A stretch of DNA of 25,481 nucleotides from a virus. Its lineage: Duplodnaviria > Caudoviricetes. Every line of letters starts with the position of its first letter. Positions within the stretch are counted from its first letter, which is position 1. The position numbers and the translations under genes are program-made. The stretch is taken from IMG/VR virus record IMGVR_UViG_3300032218_002669, positions 1-25,481 of that record. One strand, given 5' to 3'. The notes under the pieces are model-generated. The model had not been told where the DNA came from, did no database searches, and saw only the letters and a list, made by a program, of their open reading frames with translations. Below are positions 17,413 to 25,481 of this stretch, piece by piece.

Positions 17413-18098
17413 TCTATAGTAATAGAAGGGGCATCCTGACACTCTGGACAATTTTCCCTACCCCAACCAAGTGCAGAAGAGATTGTAGGAAACTGACAGG
17501 TAAAGATGCATCTGATTGCCTCAGCAACCTCCATATGCTCCTTCTGGGTGCCATGAGCACTCCTAAGGTCAATGTAGTGCATCCATGACCTTAGAGACCC
17601 TGACATGTACAAACGAGTCTGTGTTGCTTGTGGGAGCACAAACCTTGCACATTCTTTTGCTACACCCATTTCAAGCATATCATTATAGAGAGCAAGAGAA
17701 CCTTGGAAGTGTTTGCGAATTCTTTCTTGAAGAGTAAGTTTTAAATAATCTCCAAGATCATCTGTGCTATTCTGTCTATTTTTTGTATCCTGTCTCCTAA
17801 GATCAGGTACAGGAAGTTCAATTTGAAGTTCTGTACTATCAGCATATCTTTGACTGAATTGTTGGAATGTAAAAGACCTATGACGTAGGATTTGCGTAGC
17901 AATCGCCAACGAGGTATTAATTTCAACCGTAAGGAATGCATGTTCAAAAATGCTCCAGTGTTGGTTCTTAATACAATATTTAAGCAACCCTTCAAAGTTT
18001 GAGTTCTCTTGATTTTTTGGATTACTTACTCTTGCACAATAAGCAATATGTTGCTCTGCGTTTGGTGTTACTGAAATAAGTTTAACATCAGGTTTCAT
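17409..18098 (-). CDS. thyX: flavin-dependent thymidylate synthase
   Basis: ARVS, HWSIFEH, QILRHRSFTFQQFSQRY (RHRx7S motif), KECARFVLP, LR..TQKEH. Confidence 0.96.
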   Translation of the reverse strand: MKPDVKLISVTPNAEQHIAYCARVSNPKNQENSNFEGLLKYCIKNQHWSIFEHAFLTVEINTSLAIATQILRHRSFTFQQFSQRYADSTELQIELPVPDLRRQDTKNRQNSTDDLGDYLKLTLQERIRKHFQGSLALYNDMLEMGVAKECARFVLPQATQTRLYMSGSLRSWMHYIDLRSAHGTQKEHMEVAEAIRCIFTCQFPTISSALGWGRENCPECQDAPSITIE

Positions 18099-18256
18099 TT
18101 TCCAAATCCTTTATAGTTTTTGTGTTCAAGTTTTAAAATTTCTTCTTCAATAATTTTAAGTTGATGTTTCATATAATCTAACTCTGCTGGAGTATACAAT
18201 TGAGATTGATTTTCTGTTGCACTCTTAATCATCTTCAACATTTTTTTAAGTTTCAT
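18095..18256 (-). CDS. small hypothetical protein (53 aa); not in ORF track
   Basis: MKLKKMLKMIKSATENQSQLYTPAELDYMKHQLKIIEEEILKLEHKNYKGFGK*, with ATGA overlaps on both sides. Confidence 0.75.
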   Translation of the reverse strand: MKLKKMLKMIKSATENQSQLYTPAELDYMKHQLKIIEEEILKLEHKNYKGFGK

Positions 18257-18411
18257 CCACCAAATACCTCATCATAATCTCCTTCATATGGTCCAATAGA
18301 AACATTTTCTTTTGTAATAATTTCATCAGGAATTGTTTCAAGTTCTTGTTTTAAAGAATGAACTAATAGTTCCATATTTTTGACAATTAATTTTACCTTT
18401 TCTCTATCCAT
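18253..18411 (-). CDS. small hypothetical protein (52 aa); not in ORF track
   Basis: MDREKVKLIVKNMELLVHSLKQELETIPDEIITKENVSIGPYEGDYDEVFGG*, directly downstream of a promoter. Confidence 0.75.
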   Translation of the reverse strand: MDREKVKLIVKNMELLVHSLKQELETIPDEIITKENVSIGPYEGDYDEVFGG

Positions 18412-18433
18412 TTAATGCTAGTATTTTCAATCT

Positions 18434-18462
18434 ATTATACACAAAAAAAGAGAGGCAGTCAA
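18434..18462 (-). promoter_or_regulatory. sigma70-type promoter
   Basis: TTGACT (18462-18457), 17 nt, TATAAT (18439-18434), with extended TG. Confidence 0.8.
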
Positions 18463-18470
18463 CCTCTCTT
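18442..18470 (-). terminator. intrinsic terminator after speD, overlapping the promoter
   Basis: AAGAGAGG-TTGACTG-CCTCTCTT followed by TTTTTGT. Confidence 0.75.
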
Positions 18471-18795
18471 ATCTTTCAATATAACTTAATGTATGAGTTG
18501 TTGAATACAATTGTTCAATAATAACATCACATCCAATCTTTGGATTACAATCTCCACAAGTATAAACATCTACTGCTGCTTTGCCTTCTTCAGGCCAAGT
18601 ATGAATGCTTATATGACTTTCAGAAAGTAAACAAATTACAGTAACTCCTTGTGGTTCAAATTTCTTAGAAATGGTTTGAACCACAGTAGCACCACTAATA
18701 ATTGCTGCATTTTCAAGAAGGTCTATAAGATATTTTTCATCATCTAATAAAACAAATGAGCATCCATAAAGATTAAGTAGATAATGCTTTCCCAT
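18469..18795 (-). CDS. speD: S-adenosylmethionine decarboxylase proenzyme
   Basis: GKH.LL.LYGC, F.PQGVT..LLSESHISIHTWPE..AAVDVYTCG (pyruvoyl-forming ESH site). Confidence 0.93.
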   Translation of the reverse strand: MGKHYLLNLYGCSFVLLDDEKYLIDLLENAAIISGATVVQTISKKFEPQGVTVICLLSESHISIHTWPEEGKAAVDVYTCGDCNPKIGCDVIIEQLYSTTHTLSYIER

Positions 18796-19052
18796 TATTT
18801 CTTTCCTTTCTTTGGAACATACCCATACATCTTTGGACTAACTTTACCATCAGTCCATTTCATAGAAATAATATTTCTATATTGATCATAATAATAATCA
18901 AAAATAGCAATCTGTGTTCCTTGTACAATATCATACATCACTCTATCTTTAAAGTTGTATGATACAATATATGAATTTAAAGGAAGCTTTTTATCTTTTG
19001 CAGCAGATTGTTCACAATCTCTATGGATTATGTTGATTCTACTTTCCATCAA
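18795..19052 (-). CDS. conserved cyanophage hypothetical protein
   Basis: IIHRDC..A.DKKLPLNSYIVSY..YDIV..IFDYYYD.Y..G.V.PK..GY; tightly packed in the operon. Confidence 0.75.
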   Translation of the reverse strand: MMESRINIIHRDCEQSAAKDKKLPLNSYIVSYNFKDRVMYDIVQGTQIAIFDYYYDQYRNIISMKWTDGKVSPKMYGYVPKKGKK

Positions 19053-19487
19053 TCAGTCCCAAATTATATCAGGAAATGCTTCCTGTACTACAACTTTGGT
19101 AAGTTTAAATCTTTTATGAAGTTGTTTATCTTTAATGAGACAAAGAATTTCTGCTTCGGATTGATGGAGTGATTCCAACAACTGAATATACATCACTTCT
19201 CTTTTAGTCTGACTAATATCACTTACTCCCTTTACAAAGTGATTAAATTTTCTCCATTCATGAATTAATCTAGTGTGCTCCGTTCCAATAGGAGCATCAT
19301 TAGGAGTATAAGGAACTTCCCCTTCAGGAAATACTGTTTCTATTTTGGAATTAAAATTCCAAATAAGAACTGCTCTTAGAGCAGGACTATCATAATGTCT
19401 CAAGATTTCAATTTTTTCGTCTCTAGTTTTGGCATTAGAAACTCTTTGAATAACTTCAGACACCAATTGATCTGGTGGCAATTTCAT
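19053..19487 (-). CDS. conserved T4-like phage hypothetical protein
   Basis: SEVIQRVSNAKT..EKIEILR..ALRAVLIWNF..PEG.VPY.PNDAP.GT.HT.L..KRE.M.IQLLE.LH..EA. Confidence 0.8.
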   Translation of the reverse strand: MKLPPDQLVSEVIQRVSNAKTRDEKIEILRHYDSPALRAVLIWNFNSKIETVFPEGEVPYTPNDAPIGTEHTRLIHEWRKFNHFVKGVSDISQTKREVMYIQLLESLHQSEAEILCLIKDKQLHKRFKLTKVVVQEAFPDIIWD

Positions 19488-19504
19488 AACTCAATCTCCA
19501 GTAA

Positions 19505-19729
19505 TTAATCTTCTAAATCTTCCTCCTCTTCCATATTTTCAGTATTTTCAAATCTAAATGCTATAAGATCATCAGCTAAGACATTACCATCTTCATCAAA
19601 CATTTCTGGATGATATGTATATGGTTCTCTTTGGGAAAGATGTTGCTTGAGCGTCCAACCAACTAATCCTCCAACAATTAATGATAAACAAACAAACAAT
19701 ACTGAAAAAACAAGGGTGATGGCTAACAT
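19505..19729 (-). CDS. small single-pass membrane protein with acidic tail
   Basis: Hydrophobic N-terminus LAITLVFSVLFVCLSLIVGGLVGW, then HPEMFDEDGN..DDLIAFRFEN. AGGAG Shine-Dalgarno. Confidence 0.75.
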   Translation of the reverse strand: MLAITLVFSVLFVCLSLIVGGLVGWTLKQHLSQREPYTYHPEMFDEDGNVLADDLIAFRFENTENMEEEEDLED

Positions 19730-19743
19730 TTGATTCTCCTATA

Positions 19744-19926
19744 CTACTTTGGTTTTCCTATATTCAAGGAAAAATTAAAGTAGATGGTTATTTCTCTATT
19801 TAAGAAAGAAACCACCTTATCAAAACAAAATGAAAATGTTTTTTTCTTTGGAGTCCTCCTTCTTAAAACTAACTCAACGCCCCTATTAATATTAGGAGTC
19901 CTGGTTTTATTTATGAAACTCATCAA
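19744..19926 (-). CDS. hypothetical protein (60 aa)
   Basis: ATGA overlap with glutaredoxin. INRGVEL.L motif. Fills the gap in the operon. Confidence 0.6.
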   Translation of the reverse strand: MMSFINKTRTPNINRGVELVLRRRTPKKKTFSFCFDKVVSFLNREITIYFNFSLNIGKPK

Positions 19927-20171
19927 AGCAAAGAATTTTCTTGTAAGTATCTTACTGTATCAGAACATCCTCCAAGATGTTGTTGATTCATAATTACTTG
20001 AGGAAATGTTGAACCTTGCCCAAACTCTGCATAGAACTCTTCTCTACTAAAATCAGTATCAAGTTCATAACAAACAATGGGACAACCTTTTGAAATACTT
20101 AATGCATTAAGTACTGTTTTAATTTTATCGCAATAAGGGCATCCCCTTTTACTGTAAACTGTAAAATTCAT
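19923..20171 (-). CDS. nrdC: glutaredoxin (NrdC-like)
   Basis: YSKRGCPYC active site, TFPQV and LGGC.D motifs. Confidence 0.92.
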   Translation of the reverse strand: MNFTVYSKRGCPYCDKIKTVLNALSISKGCPIVCYELDTDFSREEFYAEFGQGSTFPQVIMNQQHLGGCSDTVRYLQENSLL

Positions 20172-20176
20172 AATTG

Positions 20177-21442
20177 TTAAATTCTTACTGGATGTGGACG
20201 TTTTTCATTTGATTTGATAGCACATAACCAAGCATTAACTACTGCTATGTTGTCTTCCCACCAATTAGTTTCCATTCTAAATTCTTGAAATCTAATTGAA
20301 GTATTTCTAATAAACTGTGCTTTTTCTTTTCTAGTATAATACCAGAAACTATTTTGATTCCAATAACTAATGTGAGTTGGGTCTTGCCATGCTCCTCTAC
20401 CATCAGTAGAAGGAACTTCAATAAATGCCCAACCACCATCACAAAGAACTCTATGAATCTCACTCATAGATTTGATTGGATCTTTCAAGTGTTCAAGAAC
20501 ATGACTTGCATTAATAACACCAACACTATTGTCTGGTAATGGAATGCCTTCATTCAAATCACAGGTGATATCTCCACCTTCTTGATCAATTGTAACATAT
20601 CCTGGTCTTGGAAACAACCCTCCACCAAGATCTACTTTCATCAATCCTTTTAAATCAGCATCACGTTCTGCAAGTTGTTGTCCATATTGATGGAACAACT
20701 CAAATGTTTTAACTTGAATTGCTTCATTCCTTTGAAGTTGAGTATTATCTCCTCCAGGAAGCCACCTATAATAATAAAGAACCTTTGGAATAAAACAGAA
20801 CTTAGTGTGTAGGTATGACCTAATCACTAACTCATGATCATCACAGATATTTAATTCTGGATTATGTCCACCAAGTTCTTGATAAACACTTTTCCTCCAT
20901 GCTCTTACATGATCTGGAGCATACCAAATGATACCAATACTATGACTGGTAGGTGGAAATGCATCAATTTTAATAAATTGCTCATTCCTAAACTCCATCC
21001 ATTTATAAGTCCATCCATTTTCAGGATTCCAAGGAATCTTATGTTCATCACCTCTCATATCATAAAGAAGATCTTCACTATAAGCAAATCCTACTTCTTC
21101 ATCTTGAAAAGCAATATTTAATTCTTCCAAACAATCTTCAGAAAGTAAATCATCATGATCAACTTCTACAAGAATATCTCCCTGCCCTAAAGAAAATGCT
21201 TTGTTTTTAATAAATCCAACATTAGGATTGGTAATACCAGTATAAAATTTTACCTGAGGATGGTCTTTTAATTCTTGTGGGAGATGTCCTGGTTTACAAT
21301 CTCCATTCAAATAGATAATCCATTCCCAATTATCATATGTTTGACTTTTAATTGTATCAAACAATTCCATAAGAAAAGGTATATTATTTTTCTTATGCTC
21401 TGGAGTAATAATACTAAATTTGTAATTAATCATATCAATCAA
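20177..21442 (-). CDS. GT2 glycosyltransferase fused to a class I SAM-dependent methyltransferase
   Basis: N-terminal FSIITP, QTY.NWEWII, EVDHDD (DxD), GGH..CDD.EL, VLYYYR. C-terminal VDLGGG, SHVLEHL..MSEIHRVL..GG..IEVP, DPTH. True start is probably the ATG at 21433. Confidence 0.88.
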   Translation of the reverse strand: MIDMINYKFSIITPEHKKNNIPFLMELFDTIKSQTYDNWEWIIYLNGDCKPGHLPQELKDHPQVKFYTGITNPNVGFIKNKAFSLGQGDILVEVDHDDLLSEDCLEELNIAFQDEEVGFAYSEDLLYDMRGDEHKIPWNPENGWTYKWMEFRNEQFIKIDAFPPTSHSIGIIWYAPDHVRAWRKSVYQELGGHNPELNICDDHELVIRSYLHTKFCFIPKVLYYYRWLPGGDNTQLQRNEAIQVKTFELFHQYGQQLAERDADLKGLMKVDLGGGLFPRPGYVTIDQEGGDITCDLNEGIPLPDNSVGVINASHVLEHLKDPIKSMSEIHRVLCDGGWAFIEVPSTDGRGAWQDPTHISYWNQNSFWYYTRKEKAQFIRNTSIRFQEFRMETNWWEDNIAVVNAWLCAIKSNEKRPHPVRI

Positions 21443-22019
21443 AAAAGAACATGTGAAATAATCTAGAATCTTCTACTGTTTGTCCAAAATATTCTGATGC
21501 TGCATGAATACATTTACCATTAAAAATAACTAATCTATTAAAAACATTACCAATTACATCTACTAATTCAAATTTAGTTTTATCATAGTATCCTCCATCA
21601 AATGCTTTTTCATATCCAGGATCTGACACATGACGTGCTTTTGTTTCTCTATGAGCATACATGGAAGTTCCACATTCAAATGGAGCATCTGGAGTTAAGT
21701 AAACCATACCAGCCCATTCTTGAAGATCAGTATGATAAACAAGAGCATCTTCTGGATTACAAGATTGAAAAACTCCACACATATCATACTGTTCCCAAAT
21801 ATTAATTTGCTGTCCTATGATATTCTCAAATGCTTTTTTAGTTCCAGGAATATAAAATTGTTCATGAGTTCTCCTACCCTTATAATATCTAAGGTCATCA
21901 TGAAATTCTTGTTGTAATGCAAACTCTCTAACTGCATGTGGATCAGAATAAAAGTTATCTACTACAAAAATTCTTTTGTTGTATTGTAAATTAATGGTGC
22001 TTTGTGTTAGAAAAGACAT
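21435..22019 (-). CDS. 2OG-Fe(II) oxygenase (DUF6445-like)
   Basis: VVDNFYSDP, HTD (HxD), WAGMVYLTP..GT..Y, NRLVIF..H, distal RL..FF. Confidence 0.82.
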   Translation of the reverse strand: MSFLTQSTINLQYNKRIFVVDNFYSDPHAVREFALQQEFHDDLRYYKGRRTHEQFYIPGTKKAFENIIGQQINIWEQYDMCGVFQSCNPEDALVYHTDLQEWAGMVYLTPDAPFECGTSMYAHRETKARHVSDPGYEKAFDGGYYDKTKFELVDVIGNVFNRLVIFNGKCIHAASEYFGQTVEDSRLFHMFFFD

Positions 22020-22032
22020 TTAAAATAAAATC

Positions 22033-22061
22033 ATTATACTATGTTAATTTTTCTAGTGCAA
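22033..22061 (-). promoter_or_regulatory. sigma70-type promoter inside the glycosylation cluster
   Basis: TTGCAC (22061-22056), 17 nt, TATAAT (22038-22033), 13 nt before the oxygenase ATG. Confidence 0.6.
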
Positions 22062-23127
22062 GTTGATGTAAGTATTGAACATATCCTCCAGTATCATAGT
22101 ATGCTCCATTATGAATAAGGAATCCTCTAGATGGATAAGGATTTTTTCTATTTGGTTGATTTAACATACTGGTATAAATGAACATGGTTTCATAATCTTC
22201 AAGAATTTGATAACATTCAGATAATCCACATAAGTGTTCATTTCTATCAGAGCATAACAATTCACATTTTGTATATGCTTCAATTGCTTTATCATATTCT
22301 TGACAAAACTTATAAGCATTTCCAACAAGGTATTGGGCATAGTATGTCATTTCATTAACAACATTCATATAGTTTACATACTGTTGACAATAAAAAATAC
22401 ATCTACGAGCATATTCTTTTTGGTGTTCATATCCTAAAGGAAAAACATCTTCACCATAACAATCATTATAACTTTTTCCAATATAGAAAAAGTGATATGG
22501 GTCAGTTAAAAGTGTGTTACCAGCAACATGTTGATTTTCTAATTCAATTGCATCAGTTAAAAACTTAGTAGGATTAACCCATGTCTTTCCATCATTAATA
22601 ATATAATGCCTAAATTTAGGAGACAAAGTAACTCTTTGAAACTCTTCTTCAGTTGGACCACATCCAGGAAGAATAATACATTCATGTCTTTTATCATGTT
22701 TAAATCTCCAAGGAAAATTTGCATTCCAAATTCTATTTCTTCCCCAAATAGCACCATCAGTTTTTGCAGTTACATCCCAACTTTGAATTGATGTATTATC
22801 AAGTACGCTCCAATCAAAATCATCATCTACTTGGATTTGTTCATCAGCATCAACTCTAAGAAGCCAATCACATCCATGATCATGTTTAAAACATTCTTTA
22901 ACTAAATCATCACTATTCCAACCTGGATAATGCCATTCAGTAGTATAACAATATCCAGGAATATCTTTTTCTTTAAAGAAATTTTCAATAATCTCTTGTG
23001 TATTATCTGTACCATTACACTGAATAATCCAATAATCAATATGCTGATAACAAGAATTTAACATTCTTGTTATCACATGAGCCTCATTGCCCACCATTGC
23101 ATTTAAACAAATTTTACAGTTTTTCAT
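22039..23127 (-). CDS. GT2 glycosyltransferase with C-terminal TPR-like repeats
   Basis: KICLNAMVGNEAHVI.R.L.S, TDNT.EII, DWLLRVDADE (DxD), HE.I. TPR-like YYAQYLVGNAY..EYDKAIEAYTKC. Confidence 0.8.
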   Translation of the reverse strand: MKNCKICLNAMVGNEAHVITRMLNSCYQHIDYWIIQCNGTDNTQEIIENFFKEKDIPGYCYTTEWHYPGWNSDDLVKECFKHDHGCDWLLRVDADEQIQVDDDFDWSVLDNTSIQSWDVTAKTDGAIWGRNRIWNANFPWRFKHDKRHECIILPGCGPTEEEFQRVTLSPKFRHYIINDGKTWVNPTKFLTDAIELENQHVAGNTLLTDPYHFFYIGKSYNDCYGEDVFPLGYEHQKEYARRCIFYCQQYVNYMNVVNEMTYYAQYLVGNAYKFCQEYDKAIEAYTKCELLCSDRNEHLCGLSECYQILEDYETMFIYTSMLNQPNRKNPYPSRGFLIHNGAYYDTGGYVQYLHQLALEKLT

Positions 23128-24176
23128 AAAATTTCAAGGTCCATAGTTGGAGTAAGGATAGGATCAGCAAAACCCATTCTTTTTAATTTATTTGCTGTTC
23201 TTGCTATTGTCTGATCAATAGTCAAATACTTATATGTTGCAGTTCTACCAGCAAAAATAGTATTTTTTTCTGCTTCCATTAAAGGTTTATATTGTTCAAA
23301 CTGTTCCAGATGTTTACCAAAAATCATAGGATAGTATGGATTATTAACTCCTTCTACATGTTGAACTGGATATTCTCTAGTTACTATTGTAGTTTCTACT
23401 TCTTGATTGTACCAATAAGAATGATCAATTGCTCTGTTCCATTTATTATACAAATTACATTCATTCAATTGAATGTAAGGAGTTTTAGGGCAATACACAT
23501 GCTCAAAATCAAGTGATCTATATGCTAATTTTCCATAATAATAATTAAAATATCTATCAACTTTTCCAGTATAAACAAACAGATCACATTTATCTTTAAG
23601 ATTTCTCCACTCATCTTCAGGAACATTAACATGAACAGGAATATCATCAAGGATATTCTTAAACATATCTACAAATCCATTTTTAGGAAGACCTTGAAAC
23701 TTTTGTTGAGTAAAAGATCCTTCAGTTCCAGTTCTTCTGACAGGAACTCTATTTAAAATACTCATAGGAAGTTCTTCCATTTTAACTCCCCACATCTTTT
23801 CAGAGTAATCTCTAAAAACTAATTCTTTAATTTCATTATCAGATAATCTTCTTCCAATAATTTTATCAGAATTATCATTATAAGGAATAGGAATTCTACC
23901 AAGATTTGTATTAGCCCATACTTGAACAGAAAAATCATTAAAGGTGGCAAATTGATTTAACCACTTCCACACTCTTTCACTGTCAGTATGAATGGCATGA
24001 GGTCCATGAGCATGAACTATGCATCCTGTTTTTTCATCAATATAATCAAAACAATTACCAGAAATGTATTCTCTGGTTTCAAATACTTCTACATTAAATC
24101 CATTGTCTTTTAGAATTCTTGCTGAAGTTGCTCCAGCAGTTCCTGCTCCAATTACATATGCTGTTTTCATTATCAA
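23124..24176 (-). CDS. glf: UDP-galactopyranose mutase
   Basis: FAD-binding GAGTAG, GNC.D, H.HGPH.IHT, YSEKMWG, FQGLP..GF, YRSL.F, TREYP, PYYP, F.GR.ATYKY..DQ.I. Confidence 0.92.
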   Translation of the reverse strand: MIMKTAYVIGAGTAGATSARILKDNGFNVEVFETREYISGNCFDYIDEKTGCIVHAHGPHAIHTDSERVWKWLNQFATFNDFSVQVWANTNLGRIPIPYNDNSDKIIGRRLSDNEIKELVFRDYSEKMWGVKMEELPMSILNRVPVRRTGTEGSFTQQKFQGLPKNGFVDMFKNILDDIPVHVNVPEDEWRNLKDKCDLFVYTGKVDRYFNYYYGKLAYRSLDFEHVYCPKTPYIQLNECNLYNKWNRAIDHSYWYNQEVETTIVTREYPVQHVEGVNNPYYPMIFGKHLEQFEQYKPLMEAEKNTIFAGRTATYKYLTIDQTIARTANKLKRMGFADPILTPTMDLEIL

Positions 24177-24739
24177 TACCTAGTATTAAAAAAGAACGTT
24201 TGAAATAATCTACCTGTTTGCATATCACTTCCAAAATAATCTATGGAAGCATGAAACAATTTACCTGGATATAAAATTAATCTATTGTAAATATTTCCAA
24301 TTCTATCAACTACTTCCCATTTAGTATAATCATATCCATCTTCACCATGATCTATATTGTTTATGGATTGCCTATCTCCAGTTTTTTTATGTCTATAAAG
24401 AGCAGTGCCACCACTCAAGGGAGCATCTGGCGTTAAGTAACATACTCCTGCCCACATATTATTATAGTCAGAGTGTATCCATGTTCTATCTGATGCAGTG
24501 CATAATTGAAATGCTCCTGTATATCCATTACCATTTTCATCAAGTAACCAATCAGTTACTCCACCAGCAGCATGAGATACAAGAGCATCAATAACTTCTT
24601 TGTTACTATCATTTAAAAATGATTTAGTTCTTATGCCAGGATAATTTCCACGCACAGAAAACTCTTGAGACAGAGCGAATTCCCTTACAGGATCTGGATC
24701 ATTATAAAAATTATCAGCAACAATTAAATTAACATTCAT
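24173..24739 (-). CDS. 2OG-Fe(II) oxygenase (DUF6445-like), paralog of 21435-22019
   Basis: VADNFYNDP, GNYPG.RT, HSD (HxD), WAGVCYLTPDAP..GGT..Y, YNRLILY..FH, GRLFQTFFF. Confidence 0.82.
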   Translation of the reverse strand: MNVNLIVADNFYNDPDPVREFALSQEFSVRGNYPGIRTKSFLNDSNKEVIDALVSHAAGGVTDWLLDENGNGYTGAFQLCTASDRTWIHSDYNNMWAGVCYLTPDAPLSGGTALYRHKKTGDRQSINNIDHGEDGYDYTKWEVVDRIGNIYNRLILYPGKLFHASIDYFGSDMQTGRLFQTFFFNTRY

Positions 24740-25481
24740 TCTAATATAGCACCAGTTTTAGAACAATATTTTAGATTAGGATCAATAAATTTAAATCCAT
24801 CCCATCCAGGTTCATTTTCTGCAACCCTTTTGCCATGGAAATATTCACCAATATGATTAACCATCATACCACCTTCTGCAGTTTTTAACAACCCTGCACC
24901 AAGTCCATACTTATTTCCAAGATAATTTGCAATCACGGATTCTGATGGATTGAATCCAGTTTCTTCTAAGATTGGTTCTTTAGCAATCCATGCTGGATAT
25001 AGTGACATCAACATCCAAAAATATGGTGTTGCTTTTTCATACCTATAATTTTTAAAGATTACATCATCTTCTTTAGGACCTATTTCTTCTGTCTCAAACT
25101 CATACCAATTATTTCGTTTCAATTGAATTTGAGAAAGAGTATTATCCTGTTGAAGAAGTTCAATCATATCCATTACTTTTAATGGGTACATTAACTCCAC
25201 ATCATCTTCATGATGGAGAATATAATCATAATCCCTTTCTTTGATTAAATCAAAAAGTTCCTGCCAGGTTTTAGTAATTCCTAAATTTTCTTTATGTAAA
25301 ATAATTTCATTATATCCATAATATTCAACAAACTCTTTAATAAAATTATCATCTCTACCTGTAGGATAATCATCAATAAAAAGATGATGAACATTTAATC
25401 CAGTATAATCAAATTTTTTATTTGCTTTAAAAGTTTTTTTAAGAAACTCTACTCTGTTGGTAGAAAAAACTACATGAAGTA
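24736..25481 (-). CDS. GT2-like glycosyltransferase, 5' end beyond the window
   Basis: The frame stays open upstream of the track's GTG (25200) to the window edge: LHVVFSTNRVEFLKKTF..LFIDDYP..ENLGIT..YDYILHHEDD, which are GT-A motifs. Confidence 0.8.
   Translation of the reverse strand, partial: LHVVFSTNRVEFLKKTFKANKKFDYTGLNVHHLFIDDYPTGRDDNFIKEFVEYYGYNEIILHKENLGITKTWQELFDLIKERDYDYILHHEDDVELMYPLKVMDMIELLQQDNTLSQIQLKRNNWYEFETEEIGPKEDDVIFKNYRYEKATPYFWMLMSLYPAWIAKEPILEETGFNPSESVIANYLGNKYGLGAGLLKTAEGGMMVNHIGEYFHGKRVAENEPGWDGFKFIDPNLKYCSKTGAILE

Noticed and set aside
21429-21457. TTCACA-17-TATGAT promoter-like match
   Set aside because: The -10 box overlaps the probable ATG of the GT2-methyltransferase gene, so it could not transcribe the intact gene. 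Likely chance.
17741-22757. Same-strand alternate-frame ORFs (17741-17995, 20245-20463, 22557-22757)
   Set aside because: Nested within well-conserved genes, with no SD, motifs or clear frameshift signal.
21435-24739. Paralog similarity read as a diversity-generating retroelement TR/VR pair
   Set aside because: Both copies are intact coding paralogs with general divergence rather than adenine-specific changes, and there is no reverse transcriptase in the window.
24736-25200. ORF-track start at GTG 25200 (154 aa)
   Set aside because: The frame is open to the window edge and the GT-A motifs lie upstream, so the real start is outside the window.

Overview
AT-rich, gene-dense window from a T4-like cyanomyovirus (Kyanoviridae-like). 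The assignment rests on the T4 core genes plus cp12, phoH, thyX and speD. Left half (minus strand): baseplate hub/spike module with gp54-like, gp26, gp51, two paralogous hub/tape-measure-like proteins (one carrying a lambda-type lysozyme, one an M23 peptidase), a gp27-like hub, CP12, and a gp5 spike apparently split over three ORFs, the last with a Peptidase S74 chaperone. Middle (plus strand): gp4, gp2, gp48, gp53. Then on the minus strand: gp32, gp59, gp33, exonuclease, phoH, thyX, speD, glutaredoxin and small hypotheticals. Right end: a tightly packed accessory island of three GT2-type glycosyltransferases (one with TPRs, one fused to a SAM methyltransferase), two paralogous 2OG-Fe(II) oxygenases and UDP-galactopyranose mutase. 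This is a candidate hydroxylate-glycosylate-methylate pathway and the most interesting element here. Four small ORFs missed by the ORF track were translated by hand. Several sigma70-type promoters overlap hairpins or coding sequence. All protein calls come from motif recognition and synteny, not database searches. No tRNA, rRNA, CRISPR array or mobile element was seen.
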